Assembly (NCBI RefSeq): GCF_006345805.1
Contig: NC_043013.1
Coordinates: 37,076,001-37,140,000, forward strand
Reading direction: 5' to 3'
DNA: 64,000 bases
DNA from: Octopus sinensis
Taxonomy: Eukaryota
Shown piece after piece: positions 29,012 to 43,798 of this stretch. The notes under the pieces were generated by a model. The model saw only the letters and a program-made list of their open reading frames with translations. It was not told the origin of the DNA and did no database searches. How positions within the stretch are numbered: position 1 is the stretch's first letter; each line of letters starts with the position of its first letter. The translations under genes and the position numbers were made by a program.

Positions 29012-29328
29012 ATTAAGGCAAGGCAAACATCTCAAATCATATACAATATTACTATTGTAAAAAATTACACTTATACTCTTCGGAAAGTTGAACTATGAGC
29101 TTTAATGCCTCATTTTTTTTCTCTCTCTCCATGTTCTTATTCCTTTACTCCCTTCCTCTATGTCGTCATATCATTAATATATACCATTCTCATTTTCCCT
29201 ATTTTCCCATATTTATCTCTGATGATGGAATACCCCATACTCGGGGTTATCCCAGAAACAGCTGTAAGACTGAATTTTTTTCCAATTATAATAATGTATA
29301 GGACTTGAGATGTTTGCCTTGTCTTAAT
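29012..29328. mobile_element. Element with ~75 bp imperfect inverted ends overlapping a hammerhead motif
   Basis: 29012-29084 (ATTAAGGCAAGGCAAACATCTCAAATCATATACAAT...) is the reverse complement of 29251-29328 (...ATGTATAGGACTTGAGATGTTTGCCTTGTCTTAAT). Confidence 0.65.
29216..29269 (+). ncRNA. Type I hammerhead ribozyme motif, catalytic core intact, short stem I
   Basis: TCT-CTGATGA-TGGAATACCCC-ATACTC-GGGGTTATCCCA-GAAA-CAGCT-GTA-AGA. Palindromic stem III ACAGCTGT, GUA triplet. Confidence 0.7.
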
Positions 29329-29401
29329 GTTTACTACCTTCTTTAACACACACACACAAGCACACACATACACAAACAAACACACACACACACACACACA
29401 C

Positions 29402-29464
<63 letters not shown>

Positions 29465-29762
29465 CTTTTGTTCATTTACTACTTTCAGCCAGAGCCTGAG
29501 GTCCTGTCGGACTACCACATTTCAGTATTTATGGGTCACCTTTTGTTACTGTTTTTGGTGAAGGAGCGAGTTGCACAAAGCTACTCTTCGTTGTGCCTCC
29601 CTCCGTGAAATGGGCTTATCTGGGATTTCAAATGCAAATTTTCTCAGGTGCTTTTTGAACGTTTCCACATCTACACGTTAATTATCTCTTAAGATCCTTG
29701 ACAAGATGTTTAACAGTTGTAGTCCGCTGAAACCCAAGCTGTTGCAATACTGGATCCATATT

Positions 29763-30047
29763 GGCGGCGAGCCGGCAGAAATTTTAGCACGGAGGACGAA
29801 ATATTTGGCGTTATTTCGTCTGTCTTTACATACTGAGTTCAAATTCCGCCGATGCCGCCTTTGCCTTTCATCCTTTCGAGGTCGATAAAATAAGTACCAG
29901 TAGCGTACTGGGGTCGATCTACTGCGACTAGCCTCCCCTCGCAATATTTCAGGCCTTATGTCTAGAGTAGAAAACAATACTGGATCCCTATTGGCGGCGA
30001 GCTGGCAGAAGCGTTAATACGCCAGGCGAAATACTTAGGAGTATTTC
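29763..30047 (+). mobile_element. SINE family E copy followed by a second head in tandem
   Basis: GGCGGCGAG(C/T)..GCAGAA heads at 29763 and 29993. Confidence 0.75.
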
Positions 30048-30363
30048 TTTTGTATTATGCAGTGCCGTCCAGTCCGATGGTTCTTATATCATTTAATTCC
30101 AAAATTGGGAGCTATACCTTCCAGGAACTACCATATCACTGCATACCTTTCTCGCCTTTTCTCCAGAGAGTAGAGCGTCAGTTCTTGTAACCTCTGCCAG
30201 TAGCTTCTCTGGTTCACAGAGTTAATATCCTTTGTCGCTCAGTTGCTGCAAGTCCAACCACCAATTTGACACTTCCAAATTTCTTAACGAAAATAATATA
30301 TTTTCCGGTAGTAAGTTTATATATGTATAAATATGCATACAAATATCAACATTAATAATGATG

Positions 30364-30446
<83 letters not shown>

Positions 30447-31077
30447 GCTCCTGCATGCTCACATACGTGGATAACCAGAGACAGACATTATGAAAGAGGA
30501 TGGAAGGTAAAAAATGACAGAAAGAGATTGAAGAGTACAAGGAGATATATGAGTGCCATAGTAGGGCATATTATCTAGTTATATATGATTTTATATACGT
30601 ACTTGCGCATGCGCTCTCACACATTCGCACATGCGCACTCACACACTCGCACTTATATATATGTATATGCTCATATATATTCAATTAACTAATTTCACTG
30701 AAAGCGATATCTAGAGAATTAGAGCTTAAGAGAGAGGAGAAAAAGGAGAGAGAGAGAGACAGAGTGATACATAGAGCGCGCGCGAGAGAGAGAGTAGAAG
30801 TTATTACATGATCCATAAATGAAAAACAGAAAAAGACCGAGAAAGTAGCTGTGTGAAATCGCCATTAATAAAGAAATATTGGTGCTTACAGACATGCTAG
30901 GACTGTGAATACGTGGACATTAGGACAAAAGTAGTCAAGCATGTATTCATAAAAATAAATTACTTATATAACCGTGTATGGTGCATACAGAATCCCCCAT
31001 CACATATAACAGATACCTATATCACATAATATAGATATATAAGGTCGAAGACATACACACGTATATAAACATATATT

Positions 31078-31124
<47 letters not shown>

Positions 31125-31524
31125 GCATGTGTGTGTGCGTGTGTATGTATGTATACGTATATATATAGTAAGCATATTTAGCGGTTGTAGTAACCGACTA
31201 AAGGATAATAGTATCCGTATTTACTATCGATATCAATTACCTGTACTATCCCTGCGCATGGGTATGCAGGCACGCTATGCTCATAGGGGACAGGTAACAA
31301 CAGAATAAACATAAATCTAACAGGAATCAAATTTAAATCATCAGAGAATGGTGAAAACTTAGGATCAAAAATCAAACAAATTGAAACACATCGGTTGATC
31401 ATTCTTTAATACAAATACATGGCATAACATTCTATGTCATGTTTTTGTACTAAAAAATAAATAGTCAACCGATATGGTTCAATTTGATTGCTGATTATAA
31501 GTATTCTCCATTTTTTTATTATCT

Positions 31525-31567
<43 letters not shown>

Positions 31568-32190
31568 ACACCCCACCCTTGCATTCCACGGTCTTTCCTC
31601 CCCCACCTCCCAACACCATTACACCACCATACCTTACACCACCATACCACACAACATATCACATCACAACACACCACCACGCACACATCAGCACTGACCA
31701 CTTCCCAAATCCACATTTTCACATCTACCCATACACACACGCACATGTCAGGATCACCAGCCCTCTTCCACATGCACATACAATATCTCTTATACACACG
31801 CATCATCGTTTTGGGATCACCCCTACTTTATTATCTCCCCTTCTCCCTAGCTCTCCCGTGTGAGCCTTCTGTCCGGCATTCGCCATGATAGATCGCTAGC
31901 CACTACACATTCTTTATTTCATTCTCCTTGTTTCATTCTGTTTTCCTTTCTGTGGAAGAGCGTAGGCTCAAAACGTTTAAGACGTTTTCATTTCTTGAAT
32001 GTTATACTAATACATGTGTTTGTTGTGTCTACACCACCTCTCTTCGTCTTTTGTCTTTTTTTTTGTGAATTCGCCCTATATATATATATACATATTGCCA
32101 TGTAGGTATGTAAGTATGCATGTTAGCATGTATTTATGCACATATATATCTATATATGTGTCTGTGTGTGTGTGTGTGTGTATGTGAGTA

Positions 32191-32221
<31 letters not shown>

Positions 32222-33127
32222 GTGTGTATTATCATTTGCCCTGCCGAAAATGATATACTATTTGAAGATTCTTTTGCTGCCACTAATTAGTTTTAAAGAC
32301 AAGTGGGGATTTTATGAATTTATGAATTTCGGATCAAGCCTAAACAAGAACTACAAATATATTAAATACATCAGCAAATAAGCCTATTTTCTCAGGAAAC
32401 CAGCAACATTAACAACATCATAAATCACTGATAAATATATTATTTTCTAACAATCGTACGTACTTCATTCGTAAGCCTTTTTTCAACATACGAAGTATAG
32501 AGCTACGCGCAGTATAGAGCTCTAAGGAATTATTCTTGTTTACCACAGACTCCGATGTGGGCGCTATCGTTGTTCTACAAGTTGATTAACATGGCATCAA
32601 CCTGATCGGTCTGACCTATGATCATTTGCTTTCCAGCCACGACCATCACGTTTTTATATAATCTGTAAATTTCCACTATATATCGTTTGTAGGTTTCCCC
32701 TCTTCATTTAAAGCAATTGTTGTTATTTGTTGCACTTTTGCCTCTGTTCCTGGCAAATCATCAACAAAGGAACTCGCGTGTTGCTCACTGTCACTTAGCA
32801 GCGTCTGTATCACTACTCTTGTTTTTCTTGAAATGTTTTCTCTATGTTGTTCTATCGAAAGAAAAGGCAGACAACATACGTGCCTTGTGTTAGGAGAGCT
32901 GAAAGTCCTTCATCAGTCAGTTAATTCATTTATAGATTTTAGTGGAACTCTTGTAGCTATTTCTAGATGAGTGTTAGCCATTTTATTTTTCGGTCCAGTC
33001 CACTTCTAATGGGATAAGATATGACCTAAGATATTTCAAAATAAAAATTTTGTTACGTACATTGCATCGGTTTAACCTGTCAACAATTGGGCTTCACACA
33101 TATCATGACTATTATACATTACAAGTG

Positions 33128-33475
33128 AATTCGCAGTCGTAGGACCGCGGTTTCGATTCCCAGACCGGGCGTTGTGAGTGTTTATTGAACGAAAACACCT
33201 GAAGTTACACAAGGCTCCCGGAGGTGGTGATCGTGAAACCCTGCTGTACCCTTTCACCACAACTTTCTCTCACACTTTCTTCTTGTTTTGTTGTACCTTT
33301 ATTTCACAGGACAAGCCTTATCACACCTTGTGTCACGCTGAATCTCCCCAAGAACTATGTTAGAGGTACACGTGTTTGTGGAGTGCTCAGCCACTTGCAG
33401 GTTAATTTAACGAGCAGGCTGTTCCATAAATCGGATCAACTGAAACCTTCATCTTCGTAACCGACGGAGTGCCAC
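33128..33475 (+). mobile_element. SINE family C
   Basis: GGTTTCGATTCCCAGACCGG head and body homologous to 4705-5079. Confidence 0.85.
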
Positions 33476-33716
33476 GATACTTTACCGATACCTAGCTTGC
33501 CTGAAAATATGGCAAATAGGACTCGCTGAAGTTTAGTGGGCAGTGGTTGAAATCTCGGGACATAGATTGCAAATAGGAATTACCAAGAAAAAATTCAGTC
33601 CTGCGTTTATTTAAACACCTGCACACTTATGCAATAACACCACCACCACAACCACCCTCCACTCACCTACCCACACACTTAAAGACACATATACAACACA
33701 TTCACACACAACACTA

Positions 33717-33747
<31 letters not shown>

Positions 33748-33940
33748 CACTCTTTTATTTGTTTTAGTCACTTCACTGCAACCATGCTGGAGCACCGCCT
33801 TTAGTTGAAGAAATTAACCTCAAGACTTATTATTTGTAAGCCTAATATTTATCCTATTGGACTCTTTTGACTGACCGCTAAATTATGGTGACGTAAACAC
33901 ACCAACATCGGTTATCAAGTTGTGGTGGGGGAGAATACAA

Positions 33941-33979
<39 letters not shown>

Positions 33980-34118
33980 TATATATGAAGGGCTCCCCTC
34001 AGTTTCCGTTCACCAAATCTATTCAAGTCTTTGATCGGTCCGAGGTTATAGTAGGAAACACTTGCCCAAGGTTCCACGCAGAGGGACTGATCTAGCTACT
34101 TACAACACAGCCGCTTCT
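33748..34118 (-). mobile_element. SINE family A (head partly deleted)
   Basis: Reverse-complement match including the tail CCATGCTGGAGCACCGCC. Confidence 0.8.
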
Positions 34119-34412
34119 TATTCACAGGACACAATGCATGTCTTTAAGTGCTATTAGTAGTTTTATACGTTCAGAAATATCTAAAAAAATTTCATAAAGC
34201 ACAAACTACACATCAATACTTTTAGTTCGTTATGATATGTGGTTTGTGCCTGATGAATATGTTTCAGATATTTCTCACCATTTGAAAGTATTAGGAGCAT
34301 ATAAAGAGATATATTGTCTACTTTCAATAAATAATATTTATCCCTCACCAGTTGGAGTACTTGTTTTGTTGATCTTTCTATGACGCCTGTCTCTGTCTTT
34401 CTTTTTCACTCT

Positions 34413-34467
<55 letters not shown>

Positions 34468-35839
34468 ATACACACACATCTATATATACATACATAGGTA
34501 AGTGCCTGTGCTTGTGTGGGTATTTGTTTGTGTGTGTATGTGCTTATGGGCGTGCGCACATATATATATAATGATACCCGCACACTCACACCCGCATAAG
34601 TGACATATACTTGTAGACACTGAAATCTTTAAACTTAATCTTGTATAATACAATATACTTTGTGAAGTGAAATACATAGCTTCATGAATTTATATACAAA
34701 CTTTCCGTATTCTCCAATCTGGTACGTGGATTTAAATATCCTTTTTTTGCAGTCATTCTTTACTGCAATCCAATTAACAGCCCTCAATAGAATTCTAAAT
34801 TTAAGCATTAAGACTAACTCGGAGTAATTTAAATTACTTGTTTTAGGGCTTCGTTTACTCTTTATTTGGACAAATAAAGCAAGGATTTATAGCAGACAAA
34901 TAACGTACAGATAGTATTATAGAATAAATTGTGTTTTGAGCGTATTTTTCAATTACATGAAGTAAAGCGTTCACAATTGCAAATATATGCGCAGCCATGA
35001 AAAGACACACACACACACATTTCTCTTTTACTCTCTCTCTCTCTCTCCTTGTCGCTCTCTCTTTATGTACATATGTGTCTGCACGTGGATTTATATGCAT
35101 ATCTATGTGTGTGAGTATGTGCATACACGTACCATTAGATGGAATTCATATCCTTGAAATACTTACTCTTAAATTTCCGTTAATAGAATAGAGTATAAAA
35201 ATGGAATTATACGTAGTCTAATTTTCCTTAATTGCTTTAAAAATACTTAGGCAGGTGTACATCTACTATATCTAAGCAGTAAATAACCAACAAAGAAAGC
35301 AAATACATTTTAGCGCTAATTGTTTTCTTACTGAAACTTTATATATAATTACTCACTACTACCCGCAGGGAGCTCCGATGATCGCAATACTCCGAATGGT
35401 TCATCTGTCAGACGTTGATAGATTTTAGTATATTTTACTAATGGAGCAAACATTTGCATCTCAAAATATTCGTTCCAAACTTGCAAGCATATGACTTCCC
35501 AACGTAAATTATTTATCTCACTTATCTTACTAATTTTATCAGATTTATCTAACTTTTTTTATTAATATTTCTTCAGACTTCAAGATCTGAGTTCAAATGT
35601 CGATTTCGCATTTTATCATCTCGGGATTGATAACAATTGAGGAATTGGGGTGGATGTAATCAACACACACACTTTTCCGGAATTACCGGACTTGTGCCAA
35701 AATTTGAAGCCCAGTGCACACACGCGTACACGCACACACACACAACACACGAACACACAACACACGAACACACACTCCATACCAAATATATATGTGTGTG
35801 CGTGTGTGTGTGCGCGCAGTAAATGGAAGTGTCTGTGTG

Positions 35840-36085
35840 CTATATGTATGTACGTATGTATATGTGTATGTATGTACCTATGTATGTATGTATGTATGTA
35901 TGTATGTATGTATGTATGTATGCATGTATGTATGTATGTATGTATGTATGTACGTATATATGTATGTATGCATGTATGTATGTATGTATTTATGTATGTA
36001 TGTATGTACATATGTATGTATGTATGTATATGTGTATGTATGTATGTATGTATGTATGTATGCATGTATGTATGTATGTATCTGT
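35840..36085. repeat. (ATGT)n microsatellite
   Basis: Direct reading. Confidence 0.95.
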
Positions 36086-37666
36086 TTCTCTCTCTCTCTC
36101 TCTCTCTCTCTGTATGTATGCGCAAAAGTTTCCTCATCGTTGTTATCAACAGGCTAACGACGGCAAGAAATCCCAAACTTCGAAGACAATCTCGAAATTT
36201 TCCTCATGAAAATTAATAAATATGCACTCTGCCGATATTCTCTAAGTAATCCTTCAGTTCATTTTAATATATTTTTGTATATAATTTCATATAGAAACAA
36301 ATTTTAATGCGCATAAACTCACATAGATATATATATACATATGGGGAATATTTCATTATTCTCGGATCGATTAACACATATCAATCGCTACGACACGAGT
36401 TCCGCTAATAATCTTAGTTATTTATTGGTTGCACTTATATTGACATGAGACAAAAAGTGCAGTGAATTGTGAAGACTTAAGTAGACGGTCACTGTGGTTT
36501 GAACTCCTATATACCTCCTTCATAATGTTGCATATTTATCGAGCATAAATCATGCGCCACCTTCTTCTGGATACATTCTTCTCGTATATCTCATGTAAAT
36601 GGAAGGAAATCTTTCAAAACTTGTGGCCTTATAAGATACACAATTATGTGAAAAATTTCTCAGATTTAAGAGTTGCAAGGTTCTACTTTTACAATCAACC
36701 GCCTCTTTACAGTGTATTTGATACCCGTAATATCAAGTGTATGGTTTAAATTATAGTGGCTTTATGTACCCGATTTATTTTTGTTAGCAAGAACGTTCGT
36801 TATAGTCTCCTAGAAACTATTTTAAGACGGCCTTACTTTTACAGGTATGTGGAAGAATGCATTCCAACTGAGCCTAAGAAAGCTTTCTTCAAGATTTAAT
36901 GTTCCCCACGCTTACAATATTCAGTGTGGCCTTACCTTTCAAGATGATACGCATAATTTGGAAGTTTGGTTGCTTTTCTTACCTGATCATGTGAGCACGG
37001 ATAAAAGTATCGTTCGTTAATGTATGTATGTTTCTTAAAGTTAATGTTTTCTTCTTCATACTCTCAAAATGTTTGTATTTGATGGAATCAAAATAAGGAA
37101 AAATAACTATACTGTGTTCTCTCCGAGGATTCCGGTTTGACTTCCGTCTCTGCTAACATTTCAACCACAGATCCTATCTCTCATTTCTCATCCTCAAGCT
37201 CTTACACATCTCTGCTGTTTCCTTGCTTTAAATTTTCTCTGCAAGGTGGTACATTCACGTATATTGACTCCACACTTCTCATCACTCATTTCTCTCACCT
37301 AAATCCGAACAATAATACATTCCAATTATTCTGACTCAATATCTGTTTTCCCTATTTTTCGGAGTCCATCTTCTGTATCTACTGATCCACAAAACACCCC
37401 CAATGGCTACAAAGATATATTGACTATATGACTTCCAGCTTTACCAGCATAAATTTCGTGTAACACCTTTCTAAATTCACAATACAGTGATACATCAAAT
37501 TAACTCCTCTTGGCTTTCGAATTACTCCCATACCCGTGACATTGGCACATAGGTTTAAGGCAACTGTCATTCTGAAATGCATATACGAGCAAGTATCATA
37601 AATCCTAACTACCACTCACATTTTAGTATTATATGCATACATACATATTTACAAAGGCACCCCACC

Positions 37667-37719
<53 letters not shown>

Positions 37720-38783
37720 ATATATAATATATATATATACATATATATATATAATATATATATATATACATATATATACATGCATACATATATATGTATA
37801 TATATATGTGTGTGTGCGTATATGTATGTATTATTTAGTTAGGACTCATTAAGATCAAGGCACAACAATGAGTTCAAAGTGAGGCAAGCAACATTGAAGA
37901 CACCAGTTGTTGGTAGAATATTATAGATACGCAGATACCAACTGCGATTTAAATCTTCGAATTGATTCTAGGTTTGGCACTTGTAGGTATAAATAGTAAA
38001 CAAAATGGCGTTTAAAATTTACGATATCAGTTTTGGAAGACATTTCAGCGCTCTACTAACAGCGTCATGATCCCCACGTCACGCTTTTCTTTTTCTGTAT
38101 TTCTTCATCTGCAGTGGTGCGTCGAATGCCTTATACTTCGGATTATTTATTTAGTTTACTAGCGTTACTTCTTTTCGTTCAGTATATTATTATCTACCTA
38201 TTTCTCTTCTAAAATCTTTATACCACTTCCGCATCTGTAAAGCTGAATCCTGGTTACATTTCATGCATTTCTTTATTGATGTTGTTTTGAAACTGGGTAT
38301 CTCCCGCATTAAGCACCGTTCTCTGATGTCCTGAATAAGTAATGAGCCTTATCTCGTGTCTCACGTTCAAAGACAACTAAAACTTAATGTAAGACAATTA
38401 TTTATCAGCAATACTAATTCAATACATAATGTTTAATTATTCACTTCATTCCTTTATATTTAGTTGCTAATTGCAATACTAATTCCATTGCATGACATAA
38501 AATAAATACGCCGGGCTGATCTACTTGCTAAACTCTAAATTATACATCGATGTTTAGACAAATATATAAGAAAATGAAACTTTCGCAATGTAACCTGTGA
38601 GGCTAAATTGGTGAAACCGCTTACCGATAAAATCACTTATATACGAAGAGCTGTTTAGAGCTGTCATGTAAGAATTTGGATGAAGTTTTGGCAGTATATA
38701 TAGTGTCTTATATAAGGCATAAATATAATAAAATACAGCATGTTATGGCGCCAAAATTCTGGTCTCATCATTACAATGGGATT

Positions 38784-39390
38784 AAAGGCGGTGAGCTGGT
38801 GGGATCGTTAGCATACCGGAAAAAAAAAAATTAGCAGCATATCATTCATCCTTGCGTTCTGAGTTCAAATCACTCTGATATCGTCTTTGACTTTCATCTT
38901 ACGGGGTCGATAAAATAAGTACCAGTGGAGCACCGGGTCGGATCTAATCGACTTATCCCTCCTTAAATTGGCTGACCTTGTGCCAACATTTGAAAGCGTT
39001 ATTACATTGAGATTAAGAGCACTTGAAGGGTCATCGAACAAAATGTGCAAAAGTATTTCTTCCGGATTTTCTCATCCCGAGTTTAAATTCTGTTTAGGTC
39101 AACCTTGCCTCTAATATTCCGAGATTGATAGAAACAAGTACCAGCGAAGAATGCGACCGATTTAACCAACTCCCAAATTTCAAGCCTTGTGCTTAGAATG
39201 ATTTCAAATTTCGGCATCAGGCCAGCGATTCCGGTAGAGGTAATACATCGATTGCATCGACCCCAGTACAAATTAGTACTTATTTTATTGATCCGAGAGG
39301 ATGAAAGGCAAAGTCTACCTCGGCGAAACTTGAAGTGAATACATAAAGATGTGTTTACATTGCTCGGAGTGCTAACGATTCTTCCTGTTG
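38784..39390. mobile_element. Cluster of three diverged SINE family E copies (+, +, -)
   Basis: Core TTTCATC..GGGGTCGATAAAATAAGTACCAG at ~38890-38930 and a degenerate copy at ~39080-39150. Reverse-complement core GGATGAAAGGCAAAGTC at ~39299-39315. Confidence 0.65.
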
Positions 39391-40343
39391 ACAATTAATA
39401 TATAAAGAAGCGTATGCCTAGTAAAGGTTGATGTGCTTTCGATGGTTACGGAGTTATTTAAAAGGGAACAGAGTATTATATCTCCTGGAGAGACTTTTAG
39501 CTGCGTAGGGTAATATTCATTTATCAAAATACTTCAACTAAAAGTTGCATAACATGTATATTCAAAACGATACTTTCATGATAAATAAACTCAAGAAAAG
39601 ATATAAAACATGCTGTCAAGAATACTGCGATATATAAAACGTTTCCTCAAATATAGATTCGTCCACAACCATGCATGTATGTTACGTAAAGTTGGTTTAA
39701 GTTTTACTTCCCCCTTGCATTGCTAACTTGTTTACAATTTCAAATTTATCAAGAGTAATGCAATTTTGTCGTCTGCATTTCAGAACAACATGCAGGAAAG
39801 CGTAACGTCTCCTACGTTTGAGTGACTTTTACCCTGGTGATAGACAAAAAGATAGCTTCCATGACACATTTATATTTCATATGCCCATTGATAGAGTGTC
39901 GGTGATTTATTCTAAAAATCAAATGAAAGAGAACACACATTAACCTTTCTAGTATTGTCTATAATACGATAATAACTGGGCTATAATCTAAACTAAATAA
40001 AAAAAGAGAAAAAAGGAAATTAAATATTTATAATATTTTTTTTAATATATATCATTAACAAGTGATGACAATATTTAACAATTATTCATAATGCAGACAT
40101 CATACTTCAAGTTATTTCCTGATTTTAAAATCACTTTTAATATATACGCATTATATGATTGTATTTCATAGATTTTCTATTGTGGTTTTGTGTGTTTATA
40201 CAATTTAGTTTTAATACAATTTTATAGAATGGTAATATATAGTTACATTGTTGCCTATATGTCAATGTATATGTATATGTACACGTACACACACACACAA
40301 ACAAATATATATATATATATTTATATTTATATCTATATATATA

Positions 40344-40414
<71 letters not shown>

Positions 40415-40434
40415 ATATATAGATAGATATACAT

Positions 40435-40475
<41 letters not shown>

Positions 40476-40573
40476 ATATATGTATGGAAATATTTATAAC
40501 TATGTCTATATCTATATTCATATATATATATATACATATATATGCACACATATATATATATACACATACATAC

Positions 40574-40634
<61 letters not shown>

Positions 40635-40768
40635 TTTACACTATACCTGATTACTTTAATTTCCTGCTTTAGTACATGGCGTCCTACTAGTAAGGAAATA
40701 TTAAGTTTCATGTTCCAAAACCTAACAGGCATAGGAGATACTAATACACATGATACACTTTTCATTTG

Positions 40769-40833
<65 letters not shown>

Positions 40834-41361
40834 ATCTATCTATCTATCTCTTTCTCTGTCTGTGTATCTGTCTCTGGCTGCCTGTTTATTGTTCTCTCTC
40901 TCCCTCTCTCTCTCTCTCCTCATGAGAATATGTTACAGAAAACACAGTAAGGTGTTTTTATATTACAACATTAACTCTTGCACATGTTGTTGATGATTGA
41001 AAAAATATACTGTTCATTCATTTCCGTTTGGTCAACGATGGCAAAAAACAAAATATGTCACCTCATCTTACATCAGTTGTTATGTATGGAGAAGATTAGT
41101 ATTATCAACACTGGAATCCATTATATAGTTTGCTCTTCAGAGCTGGTTGAGCACGTATGGCTTTCACTCACACATCTCTCTTAATTTCAGTCTTTTTTCT
41201 ATAAAACCACTCACGAAGGCTGTAGTAAGGAGTAAGTCCACCTGTCCTCCTAGAAATCTCTCTGGTCATCCGCTTTCTGTTGGTGTTGACTCAGACAAGT
41301 TGTAGAAGATCGTTAATCTCATAAAGCTGATCGACCAATGTCTACGATAACTCAGGAGAAA

Positions 41362-41395
<34 letters not shown>

Positions 41396-42673
41396 TATAT
41401 TTTGAGGTAGGTACTGTTTAAATTTAAGTTCTGAATATCTGAAGTGGGCTGCTGGTTGATTCGGAATGGAGACAAGGATTGATATTCGAGGGAAATAGCG
41501 ACAGGGTCTGTGGGTGACGAAAATCATGCCAACACCAAAGGCGTTATGAATTATCTGACAAAATAAAATTGTTATTATTCTTCATGCTAAGACACATGAC
41601 AACATTAATATGGAAGATCTACGACTGAATTTATTCCACCCAATCACATTTTGCTTTATTCTTTATAAGAGAACTCACGACGTTTTATTTCAACAAGTCA
41701 GTTTCTCAGATATTTTCGTAGGATATGTGGAATATTTGACGTTTACTACTTCAGTTCGATGAAACCTTGTTTCTCTTATGAAATCCTTATTTGCTTTTTA
41801 ATAATTTTAAGAACGTCTAACACCATTTCAACTATAATCGATAGATCTCTGATTGAAAATTTCCAGTCATGACCATTTTCCAGCCGTGTGTTTTTCCTAT
41901 GTCGAGAAAAGCCAGCAGAAATTTATAGTATGAATATTTCATAAAACGTAGGTATGTGATTTGAACGATTTTTGGCTGTCATTCGTTGCAGGTGGCCCAA
42001 CAGTTATTAGTATCGCGAAAATCATGCCTCATAGGATGGAATTGCTATATGACATGCTAAGAGGATAAACAATTTTCATAGGACTGAATTCTTTGAATCT
42101 AAATGCTTCATCCATGACCACAAACCAAGTTTGATCAACTTGGTCTACCTAAAATAACACGAAAATCTACTTCTAACGGCACCCAAACATATTAAAACAG
42201 AATGTATTGCCAAATCCATTATTACTGACTAAATTTCATAATACACATGTTTGAAAAGAGGTGAACAAATTTCTGGTACTTCAGAGATCAGCTGAGATTA
42301 AGCGCAAAAAGAAACCATTTGACATCGACGATATCTCTACGATTCCATCGTGTACTCCTCGCAATCACATATGCGCACGCACGAGCACATAAAAACATAC
42401 ATGCACGCACACGTACACAAACAAGCGCGCGCACACACACACACATGTGGGCATACATATATCAAACCGAAACAGTGATACATGTGCGGTCATTCTCACT
42501 CAATCTATGAAGGAAAAGCAATTATCATTTAAAAGAATTTTTAAAATAGATGTTTTAAAATCTCACAGCAAACAAATCGTTTTATAAAAAAAGAAGTAAT
42601 ACTCAATTTGGAAAACGGATATTAAATATATATTTGTGTGTCCTTATTCTTATAAATAAGTAAAGATGCATAC

Positions 42674-42729
<56 letters not shown>

Positions 42730-42733
42730 TTAT

Positions 42734-42782
<49 letters not shown>

Positions 42783-42970
42783 TTATATATATGAATATAT
42801 ATACATATGTATATATATATATACATACATATACACATGAGAAATGCTATGTAAGTGATGTTGACGCCAAACTAACATCAGCAGCAATAACCACATCAAT
42901 TACATTAGCAACAGAAATATACCAAGAAATAATCAAAATATACTACTACTACTCCTACTACTACTACTAC

Positions 42971-43020
<50 letters not shown>

Positions 43021-43056
43021 CCACTAACAACAACAATGGTAATAATAAAAATAAAA

Positions 43057-43094
<38 letters not shown>

Positions 43095-43137
43095 GATAAC
43101 AACAACAAGAAAAAGAACAAAAAGCTAGAGCAAAAAG

Positions 43138-43168
<31 letters not shown>

Positions 43169-43663
43169 AGCAAGGAGTAAATCAAAAATCAATAGTTATT
43201 CTATCAGAAATGATAATAAAATTGTCAATCAGATACTGATGCACTATATCAAAAGTTACATATACAAGTATACAATCGCTTGTAGAGACATAGGAAGTAA
43301 TTTTTTTATATGTATAAATGTATATATTTTATGCATGTATATATACATATATACGTGTTTGCATATATATATATATATATATATATATGTTTATATATAC
43401 GTACACATATTTATGCATGTGCGTTACCTATATACAAAAGGTATAGAAGGTTACAAAAATATGATATATTGTAAATGTCAAAATAGAAGTGAAAGTAGAA
43501 ATGGTATATATTATCAACGATATAACGCAACAAATAATGAATATAATGAATACTACAAATAATGGAAAAAAAACAAAAAGATGCTTGCACAATGACATAC
43601 AATAAACGTGTATATGGTTGTAAACTATTTACACAAACATATACATACATACAATACAATAAG

Positions 43664-43763
<100 letters not shown>

Positions 43764-43798
43764 ATAGATAGATAGAGAGATATATGATTATACTTTAG

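Noticed and set aside
41220-41560. Moderately complex sequence with short open frames
   Set aside because: No recognisable domain or splice pattern, and it is interrupted by (TA)n.
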